Shown here in pieces: positions 26,601 to 42,002 of a stretch of DNA of 64,000 nucleotides. Numbering within the stretch: position 1 is the stretch's first letter; each line of letters starts with the position of its first letter. The stretch lies in NCBI RefSeq assembly GCF_009914755.1, contig NC_060927.1; one strand, given 5' to 3'. Position numbers and translations under genes: made by a program. The notes below the pieces were generated by a model. That model ran no database searches. It saw only the letters and a list, made by a program, of their open reading frames with translations, and was not told the origin of the DNA. Source of the DNA: the human T2T-CHM13v2.0 reference genome, Homo sapiens.

Positions 26601-27441
26601 TTCTGATTTGAAGATATGGTGAGGATGATGATGATGACAGTGCAATAAAAATGTCTGTGGCTTCCTTCTCACTCCCCATTCCCTAATCCCCATACCCTGG
26701 CTTTATTGGCTGCTGCTGTGTTCACTATGTTTAATGTTGGGAACATTTGTATCAATTAAGGTATCATCGGAAGTACTTTAAACTATAATGGGAAATGAGG
26801 CAAACTTAATCCTATCTCACAATAGCTTAAAGGCTGTCATTGTTTTGTCCAGAACAGATGCTGACAATGGCTGGTTTAACAAGCAAATACCCATCTCCTT
26901 TGAATTCTATAAGTAAGATTTGCCATCCCTGATTCTTTATTAAATGAACTCTGCATAAAACTTGGGTCATCTCTCATATGCTAATGCTTTCAGCTGGTTG
27001 GGAATCCTTATCAAACAAGAGAAATTGGGTCAGTGTGAAAGAGAGCAATGATAGAATGTTTGCCTTACTCAGAAAGGTGACATGACCTCTGGCTTTGAAA
27101 AGGCAGTGTGTCTATCAAGGGAATAGCATTGAATATATTTTGAGAATTAGGCCTTTTTTCATATCTGGTAAGTGGATTACAAGATAAAGGAATCTCAAAT
27201 TATATATATTGTGTATATGTTGGTCTAGGTTGGAAGAGTGATGGCAAAATAACCACCAATGATGTGAAAAATGGAAATAACTGCTGTGGCCAGAGGTCTC
27301 CCCTGATTAGGCTAGGGCTAGTTTAGGATCTTTGTGGAGGAAATGCTTATGTGGACAAACAGAAAAAGATGCTAATTAAAAAGCATTTCATTCTTTTGGT
27401 GCATGTTATTTCAGCCTCAATAGGAAGGCTAGAAGACTTAA

Positions 27442-28165
27442 TTTTAAAACAATTTTATTGTAGTAAAATATATATAACACAAAGTTTACCATTTTTAATC
27501 ATATTTAAGGATACAATTTAGTGGCATTAACTATAGTCACATTATTGTGAAACCATCGCCACTATCCATCTCTAGAACTTCATCCCAAACTGAAGTTCTG
27601 TACCCATTAAGCAAAAACTTTCCATACCCTTCTCTCCCAGTCCCTGGCAACTAGCATTTTACTTTCTGTCTCTATGAATTTGACTACTTTAGGCCCTTCA
27701 TATTAGTGTAATCATACAGTATTTGTCCTTCTGTGATGGGCTTGCTTTACTTACCGTAATGTTTTCAAGGTTCATCTATGTTTGCAGCATGTGTCAGAAT
27801 TTTCTTCCTTTTAAAACTAAATAATATTCCATTGTGTGCAAATAGCACATTTTGTTTATCCATTTATCTGTTGTTGGGCACTTGACTTGCTTTCACATTT
27901 TAGCTATTGTGAATGGTGCTGCTATGCACATAGGGGTACAAATACCTCTTTGAGATCCTGCTTTCAATTCTTTTGGGTATATACCAAAAAGTGGGATGAC
28001 TGAATCATATGATTATTCTATGGTTAATATTTTGAGAAACTGTCATATTCTTTTCCACACTGGCTGCACCATTTTACGATTCTCCCAGCAATGCCCAAGG
28101 ATTCCAATGTCTCCTTATCATTGCTAACATGTATTTTTTTTAATAGCCATCCTAAATGGTGTGAA
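27442..28165 (-). mobile_element. L1M (L1MB-like) 3' fragment
   Basis: 'ttttattgtagtaaaatatatataacacaaagtttaccatt...ctttctgtctctatgaatttgactact...tagccatcctaaatggtgtga'. Confidence 0.85.
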
Positions 28166-28689
28166 ACCAAAGACTTTAAAAACAAAAATTATATGGCTAA
28201 CACTTATTGGGTGCTGACTAGGTGGCAAATGCTCTTCAGGAAGGTCATAGATTTCAGTCATTTATTGACTAACTTAGCCAAAATAAACTTTGAATGACAA
28301 AATTAAAGGTAGAATCTGACCTATGCATTCTGCAGAGAGAACTTCTCAACAGTTGCCCTGTGGCCGTTTGTTCAACAGACATCAAACAAACATTTCCTGA
28401 GAGCCTACTATGTGTGTGTTAGCCAGGCTAAGCCTTTGTGATAAAAGAAAAAAGAGGAGGAGTAGAGCTACCTAAAACCCTGAGTCATTTAATAGAACTG
28501 AGAAATTCTTCTGTGGTGTAGGCCCTGGGGTTTTGTGTATGAATGAAGGGTACACAGAGCTAGGAGGACGGTTGTTGTCCAGCAGTTTGCCAGTCTTAAT
28601 GTGGTCTATAATTGAGTGGGCAGTGAGGGGAATGTGGCTGTGACCTGGACTTTTTAGTCTTCCCTGGAAATGGTCCTCTAAATTGGAGG

Positions 28690-29145
28690 CACATGTAATG
28701 GAAAGGTCAGGGACTTCAGGCATAGCTGGGTCCAGGTGCTGAAAGAGCATGATTAGGTATCTGCCTTTATCTCTCAGCTCTGTTTGTTTCTGAGTTAGCT
28801 TCATCCTTAGTCAAACTCTCCTCTAAGGTGGCAAATGGCTCTGGGCTCACTTAAAAAAAAAAAAACAAAAAAAAGCAGATTAACACCTCCAGTGGAAGGA
28901 GAGTACCTCTTTTCCAACAGTTCTAGCACAAGTCCAGAGCTGACTCTCATTGGACTGACTGGGGTCATTTGCCCATTCCTTAAGCAATCACTAAGTTCAG
29001 GGAAATGGAATATGATAATTGTCTGATTTATATCCTGTGCCCACCAAAGTTCTGGAAGGTGGGGTTAGTATCACATAAATCACATGGAGTGGGAGTGGGG
29101 TTGGGACATGTTACCAGAAGAAGGAGAAAAAGATCCTAATCAGGT
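28690..29145. mobile_element. MLT1-type LTR
   Basis: 'gacttcaggcatagctgggtccaggtgct...ctcattggactgactggggtcatttgcccattccttaagcaatcact'. Confidence 0.6.
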
Positions 29146-32100
29146 GAAAACATTCTCCAAACTTTATTGACCATGGAATTCTTTTTCTTGAAGTTACTAT
29201 CCAATAGAATGCAGTCATAAGTTATCCAATTCCCAAATCATTTTGCATAATAATCATGGTCTTGTGCTTAGAGATTCTTACCTGACCCCATTAATGTCAT
29301 GTGTAAATAAGGACAAAAAGTGTATTGCCTGATTTTTGACACCCCTAAGAACTGCCATATTGATAATAATAATGAATGAATTTTTTTCTTATAGCACCAC
29401 TCTGCATTTCTTCAGTGCTTTATACTTTATCGAGTTTTTCTTCTGCATACGATCTTATTAGCTCTTAGATGACATCAACTGGAGTCAATTATACAGTCTG
29501 GAGTCAACTAACAGACATCAGTTTTCTTGCCATTAGTTGGCAAAATATCATACCTGATTCCCAACTCCCCTTAGCTCAACCTGCCACCTCGCTGGAGTAC
29601 AAAACTCTTAATGAAGATGTTAAGTGTCCTAATTAATTTTGTCTTTGTGAAAATGTTTTTATTTTAGTGCCATAAAAAAAGAAAAAGAAGAAAAAAAGGG
29701 TTCCCAGCAAACATCTTCTCCACTCTCTTTGGCCTGGATTAGGTTATATACCCCCTCCAAACCAAAAGCTCTAACCAGATGTTTGAATTATGCTGATTAA
29801 TAGTCTACCTATCCCTGAAGGCAGACTTGTTATTAGTTTCCTCTAAAACATATGAGTAGTGAGTAAAATGGGGTAGCTACCAAGGAATGGGAGCTGAATA
29901 TGGAGGAGGCAACTTCAAGCAAAGCCCACCAGAGTAGGTTTGTATCACTGTATTCTCCTTCTTTTTCTTATCTTCTTTGAGATATTATCTATTTATCCTC
30001 ATTCTACAAGAGATTTCAGGCAGGCATGGGCCATCAGTAGGAGGATGTTAGGGATAACAGAAAGATTATTGGATTCGGAATTCAGTGTTTAAGGCATGGG
30101 TCTGTCATATCGCATCTCTGTGACCTTGGGGAACTTCCACATCTCATATCTGAAACTCAGTGTCTCTCATCAGATAAATGGAAATAATATTTACCCTATC
30201 TACCTCACAAGGTTTTTATGATCAAAGAAAAGAACAGAAATTTAGTAGCAGTTTCTAGTTTATAATGAAAATGTAAGTTGTTACTATTTTTTTCATGGCC
30301 AGCATAATTTAATGAGAAATAGAGATTTCAGAGCAATCACTCAGAGCAGTAGATTTGCTTAGGAAAAACCTCCAGTTGCAGAAAAAAGCAGCAGCAGTGG
30401 CTTTTAGATATATGGTGCTGAGTACAAGAAACAATGACTTTGGAATAGCTGGAGAAAGACCAGATGGATGCCTCTGTGATCAAAGGAGTTATTTTTAGAA
30501 ACATTTTCAGTATCCCAGGACAGTGTCATGTGGGGAGAGATTATGCTCTGCAGTGTAATGCACTGCACTAGTTATTCTGCTTGGAATATCCAGAGGTAAA
30601 AAGTGTGGGCTTTGGAACAGACAGATACCAATTTGCCATGCAACCTTGAGCTAATCATTAACCTCTTTGATCCCCAGGTTTCTCATATGACAAACAGGAT
30701 AATAACACTGATCTCATAATATCTGGAGTATGGTTATATAAGTTGGTATCTACACAGTGCTCAGTGATGCCTGGCACACAGCATCTGCTTACTAAATGAT
30801 AACTTGCTTGGTTACCTGCAGTAACTAGTAAAACAAGTGGACAATAATAGGAACACCTTATCTCGGAAGCTTTCTTTATGCTTCATATATCCATAAACAT
30901 TTTGAATAGAGTTCTTTATATGCTTAAAGAAAATTTGGAGATGGCATTAAGATATTTAAAACCAGACAGTGATTTCTGAACCTCTGTAAGTGTCAGCATG
31001 CTTGGCTTTATGTTTTAAAATTTATTTCTATTACCAGAATAATTTGGATATAAAATTAATTTGGATACAAACAAGTAGCCATCCATTTAGCTATCAATAC
31101 GTTAATTTATCAATGTAGTCTTTACCTCTTAAGATTTTATAAGGCCTCTTTTTAGAAATATAGCTATGCTTCATTTTTAAAATCCAAAAAATTTAATGGT
31201 TCTTAGAAATTTGGAAAATCAATTTGGTCTTTATATGCCAATTTTTGTTTTTATTTGTACTTGCCAGTGAATTCATAAATTAATACTTCAGTGTTAGCAT
31301 CTGTAATGATGATTTTTCAAGACAGAGCAAGTGTCTCTGAATCATTGGACCTAGGCTGAGTAACATTCATCTTACATTCATACATAGCTTTAGTACTAAA
31401 TATATTTTGTTCTATTTGAATTCTTTGAAATCTGTATTCATGGCATAAAGTCTATCTTACAATTAGATATTTTTATAGGTTGAAATTGAGAACTTTGTTT
31501 CTGGACCTGGAAACATTATAAAAATGTCAATCCACTTGGGAATTCCAAGTAGACTTTGTACTCTAATAAAAGCTGTAGTTATTGTGCAAATGAATGAAAT
31601 TTTACGATGATTGTAATCATTTATAAACAGTGGTAATTACCCAACCCTGTGGTTTAGTATAATAGAAAGATCACAGGCCAAGAGTTAGGTGTAGGTTCTA
31701 AATGCTAAGCATCTTCATTACCTTGGGCAAATCACTTAACCTTCCTGCCTTCAACTTCTTTTTCTGTGAAATAAGGGAGTTGTATTTGATGATTATTGAG
31801 TTGCCATTAAGTTTTAACATTTTATGTTTCTACCCTCATATATAACATGTTGTGTGTGTTTTGAATAAAGAATCAAATCAGGTCACAGTTGGAAAACAGA
31901 ATAGCTTGTAGCAAATTTATTAACATTTACTGCCCAAATATTATTTTTAAGTTTAGGTAAGACATTCTTCCTTTATAAAAAATAGTCATTGTTTAAAACT
32001 ATTGAGTAAGGACAGACTCCAGAGAACAAACTCCAAACATGTAACTTATGATTTTGTCTGAGGTTAAAGTACATTGTTTTATATAGGTAGTTATGACTAT

Positions 32101-33106
32101 AGCAAACTATATTGATAATTGAGATGTAAAGAGGTTCGTTTTGAGTAAATGTGATAATGTTCTTTACTTTTATAAATATTACATCGAATGCTTTCTCCCT
32201 TCCTGACGTAAATGAATAACTTTAATTATAGACATTATTATCTATATATGCATGTTCTGTTACAGCAAATGACCATCAACTGGATAAAATTCATTAATAA
32301 TCCCATCAGTATTTGTCCATTTGTTGACACATGTTCTCTAATGGCCTGTTCTTAACTATGCATCACAAAAATACTTAGCACAGCCAAAAAAAAAAAAAAA
32401 AAGCTTAAAAAGTTCAATAATGATAAGCATTGGTATCAACAAACGTTGTTGGATGTGTAAACAGCCATCAGTAAAGACAGCTTGTATACAATTCTGAAAA
32501 GGCGGTCATTGATGGTTGTTAACCTGTTGGTGGACTTTGGCCATGGCATGTTTACTCAAGCTGCAATAGTATTTATGATACAAACTCCCCTTAAATGTAG
32601 CAGCATCAATTTCAACCGATTAGATTGCTTCCATAAATATGCACAAGAAAGTAACAATTTAAGGAGACAACTGACATGATGCAGGAGCCAGAGATCAGTC
32701 ACAATAAGAAATATATTCAGGCTTAAGCAATGGGACGTCAAGAGATGCCTGATCTCTGTCAAGCAACAAGGCTGACATGATTGTTGAGGTAAAGAAGACA
32801 TGCTGTGACCTTTACTATGATACCAGGCTTTGGTAGAGAAAGAAAACATGGCTTTTTGTGAAAACAGAGAAAAAGAGGGAACTTTAATTATAGTTACTGT
32901 GGTGAATAGCTAAATATGGAAGTATCCTTAAGGTAAGCCTAAATTCAAAGAAGAACTTGTTGTTACTTACATGGCCTTTTTAATGATACTTCCAAGTGCT
33001 GTCAGGCCCTAGGATGTTAGTAAAATGGTTCCACTATAGAAAGAATGTGGATGCAGGATGTTGGAGGCAACCAGTCAGGGACCAGTGTCAAACCAGGTGT
33101 GTCTGA

Positions 33107-33851
<745 letters not shown>

Positions 33852-36800
33852 GCCATTTTCTTAGTTCTTCTCTTCTTCCTGTATGTTGTTTACATGGGTG
33901 ATATTGAAGGGTTGCCCTAGAATGAGACCTCATATCTACTAATAAGATAATTGAGGGAGTTAAAATATTGCTTTTGGGGATTTCTTCTGAAAAGATCAAA
34001 GAATAACTTCCAGAAGCCATGGAAAAACCCCTTCTGTGTCTAATTGACTCATTTGACTTCATGTGACTGGTCTGGAGCTCATTATAGCAAGGGAGATGGG
34101 ATGGCCTTTAAATGAATCAAGCCCATCTCTGAGGGTAGATGTATGAATAGCTTTGACTCTGTGTGTAGGAGGAGTGAATACCTGAAGAAAATCAAAGTTC
34201 TTTTAGGAGGACAGAAGAGAGAAAGGAATGGATGCCTATGACACTTTTCTGGAATCTATCCTTACCAGTTTTTTGAGGTTGGGCAAGACAGTCAGACACT
34301 TTGAGCTTTATTTTCCTTGTCCATATAATGGGGGCTACTCAGGTACTTGATATTAATTTTCTCTTTCCTTAGTAACAATACTTCCTTTTTGTTCTGGTTG
34401 GAAAAGTGCCAGCTAAAGTCTACACTTCTTAGTCTACTTGGCCTCTAGGGCTTTTGGGAAATCTGCTTAAAAGATGAACTGACAGCTGTGTAACTTTTTG
34501 GTCTTTACCTGTTTTATCTTGAATTTGGATATGATCATTAGAGCCCAGTCAGCCATTTTGGGTGGGAAGGTGATTTGGGAATGGAGACCATGAGCCAAGG
34601 TTGGTGGAGCAGAAAGATAGAAGGGCTCTGGGTCCTTCATGAGTCTAGGGTTGCCAGTTCAGCCCTGGACTTCTTACCTGGAGCCTTCCTTTATGCATGA
34701 GAAAAATTAACTTATAAATTCCTTAAGCCACTCTTAAGTATGTTTTACTAGCAGCAGAATACTCAAATGGTCCTCTCCAATCATCAGTGTTTATTTGTTA
34801 GTAAAGTTGACATTATCATGGCGAGTCATGGCCACTTAGATGGATGACCTGTCAAAGCTTTCCATATGGCCATACAGTAAATTGTTCTCTTTCAATGCAG
34901 ATATTTGATGAAATAAAATAAAAATTTGATCCAATTAAATTATGCTTTTTATTCATTCCACAGATGAGTAGTTGAAAAGTAAGAGCATGCATGAGAAACT
35001 GACTTTCCAAAAAATGAGTGGAATTTCTTTTCCATACTGCTTCACTCTGCAACAGTATGCATCACAGCTTATGAATCAGATACTTCAGCATCAACTTTTT
35101 TCATGGAAAAGTGCATCATTTTGGAACAGAGAACTTCTGTGTTGTTGTAAAACCAAGTGAACAGTTCTTAAAATATCTTACGTCATATTAAATTTGAACT
35201 GCTGTTAAATTATGTCTGGAGCCACTCAGTGATGGCAGAAATGACTAAGTGCTTTGATTAGAAATTGTCTATGTTTATGCTAGGGGTTATTTGTGAATTT
35301 TATTCTGGAAAATTACACTAAGAGAGATTAGTATTCACTTTATCTTAAACTATCTTGATATGTAGCATCCACAAAGGGTGCATGAGTTGCTCTCTCCTTC
35401 ATGCCTTCATGTTAAAAGGTAATGACCTCCACTTATGGTTGCTCTTGCTTTCATCTTACCCACTTTAAATCTTTACTCTGTACTCTGACTTCAATACCTG
35501 CTTGTGGCCCCTTTGGCTTTGGATGATCTCCTGGCATTTTTCACTGAGCACTCTTGCATGCTTTTGTTTCTTTCTCCGATTTTTCTTTTGACTTTGGGAG
35601 TTGACATTACTTTGAGTGAGATCATCTCCCTTAACTCCTGGCCCATAGAGCTTCCTTTCCCATCCCTCCAGCCACAGTTAGCTCCTAGATAATATTTTTG
35701 GATGCATAAAAATAGTTTTATTCTTCTTCTTTTGATTTAAGATGGTAACCTGAGTGAATGGGATGGGAGAGGCTTGGAGTTGGTGAGCAAGCCAAGGGAG
35801 GAATGAGGAAGTGATAGTAGAATTTAGCCCTTGATTTTAGTTTTGAAGCTTAATACATCCCTTAGGTTTTTATTTAGACTTATCATCAGCCTCTACCTGT
35901 CACTTATTTAAGCAACCGTTTATACAGCCTTTATGTGCCCAGTGCGATGCAAGTTGCTAGGAATAACCAAGTAGAAGTTGCAATCTCTGCCTTCCAGGAG
36001 CTTATTATCTAATGGGGGATGCAGAGAAGTTATAAAAAAAATTACAATTCATTGTGGTAGGTGCTACTGGAACACTCTAAGAGAATCGGGGATTGCTTAA
36101 AACATCCATTAGTGTTTATGGCTTTCATTTCATGAGCTGGCCTGAAAATAGTGCAGGGGTTGATCAATTTGGCAGGAATAATCAGACAATATTTATAAGA
36201 CCCTTTTTACCAGCTGAAGACATTTTCCTTAAACGTGGTACAGTTCTTAGAATGGTATGTTTTCCCACTCATGCAACCGAGAAATGGAGGGTTTCTCTCC
36301 TTGGTGCTGAAACAGATATTTTCGGGTAGGAAGAGTGGATTTTGTAAACAGCACTGGTTTCTAAAATTGGTGATGAGGGGCAGAGAAGAAATCATTTATC
36401 TAGAGGACAGATTGGACAGAGGGTGAGCAGGCTCCATTTTGACAAATGGGGATGGCAATGCTGATGAGCAGTCAGCACAGAGACAGAGCACTAGTCCTTC
36501 TTAGTCTAATTCATCTTATAATTAATTGGCTCCAAAGAAGGCTCCCCACACAAGTGTGGGGGCAGCACAGTGAGTAGAGGTGCTCTCCATCCCCATGTCC
36601 TGATGCAGCAGATGCCATGGCTATGTGTAGGCAGTAAGGGGTGGGTGTCTGAAAACATGCAGTATAGCAGCTGCTCGTGGCCCCACTTTCTTAGTGGCTG
36701 CTGGCGGGGTTGTGGCCAAGACCATCTTCATAAATGCATCAATTCTGGGGACAGACTGAAAAAAATATTGCTTAAACATGGGCTTCTTTGCATCCCATAG

Positions 36801-37559
36801 CCATATGATGTCAACACTTTTCTGTTGACAAAGAACTTGTATCTCTTTCTTTTTCTAAGACAAGTGTGGAGTTAGCATAGTGTAGCAGAAAGCTAGACAG
36901 ACCTGGAAGCTCAGTTTATTTATTTGCTAGCTGTATGGTTTGGGGGGAAATTAATTAATTCTCTGAGCATTGGTTTGCTAATTGATAAAATGCATAAGAA
37001 ACTTAACTTTGAAATTGTAGTGAGGATTTACTGGCAGAACACATGTGAAGTGCCAGCACAGTTTCTGACAAACAGTAGGTGCCCCATAAATGGTAGTTAT
37101 TAAATTTAAATATTACTATTTCCAGAAAGGGTTTTTTCCTCTTGAAGATGGGTATGTGGGCAGAGAATCAGAAAGCATTATATTTTGATAGAAGCCAGTA
37201 CAGTCTCATTGCAGGTGAGGCCAGTGCACCTTTGTTTTCTCTTACGCTTGATGGGAGAGAAGCTGACTGACAAACAAACCATGAGGGCTCAGGCTGTAAG
37301 GTAATGAGTTCTAAAGGGCTTTGAAGCTAGGTTTCTTATACATGGTAGTCTATAAATGGATTATTCTCTTTTCAGATTTCCTTTTCTTCTTTTGCACTCT
37401 GAGACACAGAATTAATTTCATCATATCTACTCCTAAATTCATGCCTCACTATCATTGGTTCATAGAAAATATTTCCTTTGTTTATGTTTTATTTCATTAC
37501 TTTCTCTCTTCTTCATCTCATATCACCAGGCTCCCATCAGTCACTCAAGGGCACCCAGT

Positions 37560-38345
37560 TTTGCTTGTCTTATGAATGCCTATTTCACTATTCTTATGTT
37601 TATTTACACATATGTGTAAGTGAAAGTACATGATATTTTTGCGTGTGCATTTTAAATGTACAGAAATGGTATTTGGTCAGAAATCTTGCTTTGTTACTTA
37701 TTTTGAAGGTAAGAATTATTTGAGTTTCATTTTCATTGCAGTATGTAGATTTGGTTTATTTCTCAGATACCTGCATAAATTTCCATTTTATGTGTATACT
37801 GAATTTTATTTATGAATTCCCCTGGTGGTTACTTCTTACTCTTTACTCTTTCAAATCATGCTCAATTAATAATCATTTACATGTTTCCTTGTGCATTTAT
37901 ATGAGAGTTTCTGTGGATCTATATCCAGGAAGGAAATGATAGAGTTCTAGAGTACAAGCTCTGTAGGCCTGATTACTTTCCAAAAAGGCTGTACTAGCTT
38001 GCATTTCTACTAGCAGTGCAAGGATATTTTTGTCTTTGCACATCCTCATCAGCACTTGACATTGTTTGGTTTTCTATTTTTTGCCAGCTGGATGTGTGTA
38101 AAGTGGTATCTATTGTTTTATTTGAGTTTCTCTGGGACTGGTGGTGTTATACATGTCTTTATGTAGTTATTAACTAACTGTATTTTCTTTACTCTAAAAT
38201 TGCTTTATTATTATTTTACTGCTTTCCTATGTCCTTGCCTTTTTTGTATTACAGAATTCTTTGTACATTTTAGATATTAACCTATTGTCAGTCTTGGAAA
38301 TGATAAAATATCTTCTAGAAAGTCACTGGTCTGTTAATTTTGTCT
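37560..38345 (-). mobile_element. Ancient L1M (L1ME-like) fragment
   Basis: 'ttccaaaaaggctgtactagcttgcatttctactagcagtg...cacatcctcatcagcacttgacattg...gtggtatctattgtttta'. Confidence 0.65.
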
Positions 38346-38351
38346 TTAGTG

Positions 38352-38733
38352 TCTCTTTCTTTCTTGCTAGCTTTCTTGCTTTCTTTCTCTTTTTTCTTTC
38401 CTTTCTTCCTTTCTCTCTCTCTCTGTCTCTTCCTTCCTTCTTCTTCTTTTTTTTTTTTTTTGAGACAGGGTCTCACTCTGTTGCTTAGGAGGTAGTGCAG
38501 TGGCTCACTGCAGCCTTGACCTCCCCAGGCTTAGACGACTGTCCTACCTCAGCCTCCTGAGTAACTGGGACTACAGGCGCATGCCACCACGCCTGGCTAA
38601 TTTTTGTTATTTTTTGCAGAGATGGGTTTTTGCCATGTTGCCTAGGCTGGTCTTGAACTCCTGGTCTCAAGTGATCTACCTACCTATAGCCTCTCAAAGC
38701 TAGGATTACAGGTGTGAGCCATCATGTCTGGCC
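38352..38733 (-). mobile_element. AluJ-like element with an expanded CT-rich tail
   Basis: Reverse Alu at 38461-38733, preceded by a (CTTT/CT/CCTT)n tract. Confidence 0.9.
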
Positions 38734-38986
38734 TAGGGTCTTTCTGATGAACAGAAATATTTTGTCTGTCATAGTTGAATTTAGCAAAACTTTCAGGTTG
38801 GGTTAGTATTGAAATATAGACATATAATTTTGCACAAATTCTAAGTCTACAGCTTGATTATTTATCACAAAATGAACATGCCTATGTTCTTCTCCACTGA
38901 CAAGAAATAGGACATTACAAATATATGTCTCTCTTTTGCTCTCTTTCCTTTACTAACTCCCCTTTCTTCTCTAAAGTTAACAACTA

Positions 38987-39565
38987 TGTAAGTTATCCAT
39001 TTCTGCATAACAAATAACCTTAAATGTAGTGACTTAAAATAATAAACATTTATTATCTCACAGTTTCTGAGTGTCAGGGATCTAGGAACAGCTTAGCTAG
39101 TTGGTTCGAGCTGAGGTCTCTCATGAGATTGCAGTGAAGTTGTTGGCCAGGGCTGCAGTCATCCCAAGGCTTTGTTAAAACTGGAAAATCTGCTTCTAAG
39201 AAGTCTTACTCATAGGGCTGTCGGCTGGAGTCCTCAGCTCCTCACTCACTGTTGTAGAAGACCTCAGTCCCTCACCACATGGGCCTTTCCCTAGGGCTCC
39301 TCACAATGTGGTAGCTAACTTCCCCAGGGTGAGGTAGGAGAGGGATAAATAGATAGGTAGATAGGTAGATGGATGGATAGAGAGATAGATAGGCGCTGTA
39401 GTGCCTTTTCATGACCTGGGCTCTGAAATTGCACTTTCACTTCATTCTATTTATTAGAAGCTATTCTTTAAGTATAGTCTACACTCAAGAGGAGGAGAAT
39501 TAGATGCTACTTCATAAAGAAAGAAATACAAAAAAATTTGTGAATATATTTTAAAAACCATCACT
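38987..39565. mobile_element. MLT1 (MLT1F-like) LTR containing a (GATA)n-like tract
   Basis: 'ataacaaataaccttaaatgtagtgacttaaaataataaacatttattatctcacagtttctg...ggtctctcatgagattgcagt'. Confidence 0.75.
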
Positions 39566-39646
39566 GCAACTATTTTTACTTTTAACATCTTTTAGTTTTG
39601 CTTTGTGAACTTTATGTAAATAGAATTATATAGTTTATTCTTTTAA

Positions 39647-39940
<294 letters not shown>

Positions 39941-40351
39941 TCTTTTAATTTTTTAAATATGGTAAGAAGTGAAAAGTCCACTTAATTTTCTCAATATACT
40001 GACTTCTCATCCCAATACCATTTTCTAAATAGTACATTCTTTCACTATTGATTTGGTTGGTCACTTTGATTATATGCCAAATGAGAAATGATAGTCACTC
40101 ATATCAGTGTGGGAGTGACGCATTTGGTAAGAAATGGCCAGATTCTGGGTATTTTTTTGGAAGGCCCTTTTAAAATGTAATTTTCAATACAACTCTATGA
40201 CTTAGGTACAGAAAAGAATGCACATACTCTGGACATCCCATGAGAGTGACAAAGGTTCCTAATTCTTTTGCTTGGCCTACGAGTACATCATTTTAATCAT
40301 AGATAGTCTTTTTTAAGGAAGGGCAGCAATCTGTTATAAGTTTTCTTGACA

Positions 40352-40573
40352 CTAGGCCAGACATGGTGGCTCACACCTGTAATCCTAGTTTTGAGAGGCC
40401 TAGGAGGTAGATCACTTGAGACCAGGAGCTCAAGACCAGCCTGGGCAACATGGAAAAAACCCATCTCTGCAAAAAATACAAAAATTAGCCAGGCGTGCTG
40501 GCATGCGCTTGTAGTTCCAGCTACTCCAGAGGCTAAGGTGGGACAGTCATCTAAGCCTGGGAAGGATCAAGGC
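40352..40573 (+). mobile_element. Tailless partial Alu; inverted local copy of the Alu at 38513-38736
   Basis: Shares private variants with that Alu and lacks the 3' end and poly(A). Confidence 0.85.
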
Positions 40574-40919
40574 AATGATGGGTAACTTCTTGACATTATC
40601 ATATAAAGCTGCTCACACATTGGCAAACAAGGGTAAGGGAAATGTATATCTATGCAAGTAAGCTATTCCAAAAGCAAGTTAAGTTCTCTCTTCTTTTCCT
40701 AAAAACTTAAAAAAATCATAAATAGGTGTTGAATTATTAAATAACTTTTCAATGTCTGCTGAGATAATTACTTACATGTAGTGCTATAATGTGGTGTAAA
40801 CACATTATGATATTACAGATTTTTAAATGTTCACTGCATTTCTGTGTTAAATCCTACTTGAGCATTATAACATTCTATTTAATATGCTAGTTAGTTAGCT
40901 AAAGTAGTAGGTGCTTTTG

Positions 40920-41380
40920 TGTCCTTCTCATGCTGACTTGGTATGGACCATTTCTGTGCATGACAAGCTGACTAGCAGCATCTGTGATTCTTGGCCTCAG
41001 AGTTTTCTGTGGTCACTAGGCCTCCCCTGCCTGAGTGCATGTCAGACTGTAAGCACCAGACCAATAACACTTCTTCTATCTCAGGAATAGCCATCAACGA
41101 ATGACTGATATATTGGGAGAATAAAGGACCCAGTTTCCATGTCCTTCAGGAGGAATAACACTGAGGCATGTGTTCTACACTGGCTTTCAGTTTAACTCAA
41201 TAGATTAAACTCAAGTTACTCACAGTGGTAACTTGTTTGAAAGTGCATTTGCTTCCTTCCTCTTACTCTTTCACCTCTTCACTCACTCACTGCTGTTTCT
41301 TTGCATCACCTTCCAAATAAAAGCATTGCCCATGAATCCTTATAATAGGATCTGCTTTGAGGGATCTCAAAGTAAGACAG
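40920..41380 (+). mobile_element. ERVL LTR16-like solo LTR
   Basis: 'gttactcacagtggtaacttg...aaataaaagcattgcccatgaatcctt...gatctgctttgagggatctcaaagtaagaca'. Confidence 0.7.
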
Positions 41381-41793
41381 TTAGCATTTTTTTTTTGGCT
41401 TTTGTATTTTTGTTCAAAAGTGAAATTGGCCTGTAAATTTTCAAGTCTTATGGTGCCCTTTCCCAGTTTAATTACCAAGATTATACAATCTGAATAAAGC
41501 CAGTTGGACAGCTTTTCCTTTTTACTTCTTAAACAACTTATATCAGAGAGTAATTATCTCACTCAAAGTTTGATAGAACTCATAATATGAAATCATCTGG
41601 GTGTGATTCTTTTTTTGGAGGAAAGAGGGAGCTTTGATTGCAATTATAACTTCTTGGATGGTAAATGGCTTATACAAGTTTTTTATTTCTCCTTGTGTTG
41701 ATTTTGTCATTTTAAAATATATTGTAAGAAAATTATTCATTTAAACTATGATTTAAAATTTTGTAGTTTATAGCTGTTCGTGATAGTCATATA

Positions 41794-42002
41794 AGTGGTG
41801 TGGTAGAGCTGGTTAATATTGGTTCGTGAGGGCTGGTGATTGTTAAAGTTTTAAGAAATTCATGAGTAGTTGATTCCACACTGGTAACTTAACATTGGCC
41901 ATAGTTGAATTATTTACATCATGGAAATTTGCAAGCTCTATATATCAGGATTGTTTTTTTTTCTGATAAACTGGATGTTATAAAGTTACCAGCAAACCAC
42001 TG
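41794..42002. mobile_element. hAT-Tip100 (Arthur1-like) remnant
   Basis: TIR-like ends 'agtggtgtggta...' and '...taccagcaaaccactg'. Confidence 0.6.

Noticed and set aside
39345-39392. Short spaced repeats, checked for array-like (CRISPR-type) structure
   Set aside because: Simple degenerate GATA/GGTA microsatellite; no repeat-spacer array anywhere in the window.
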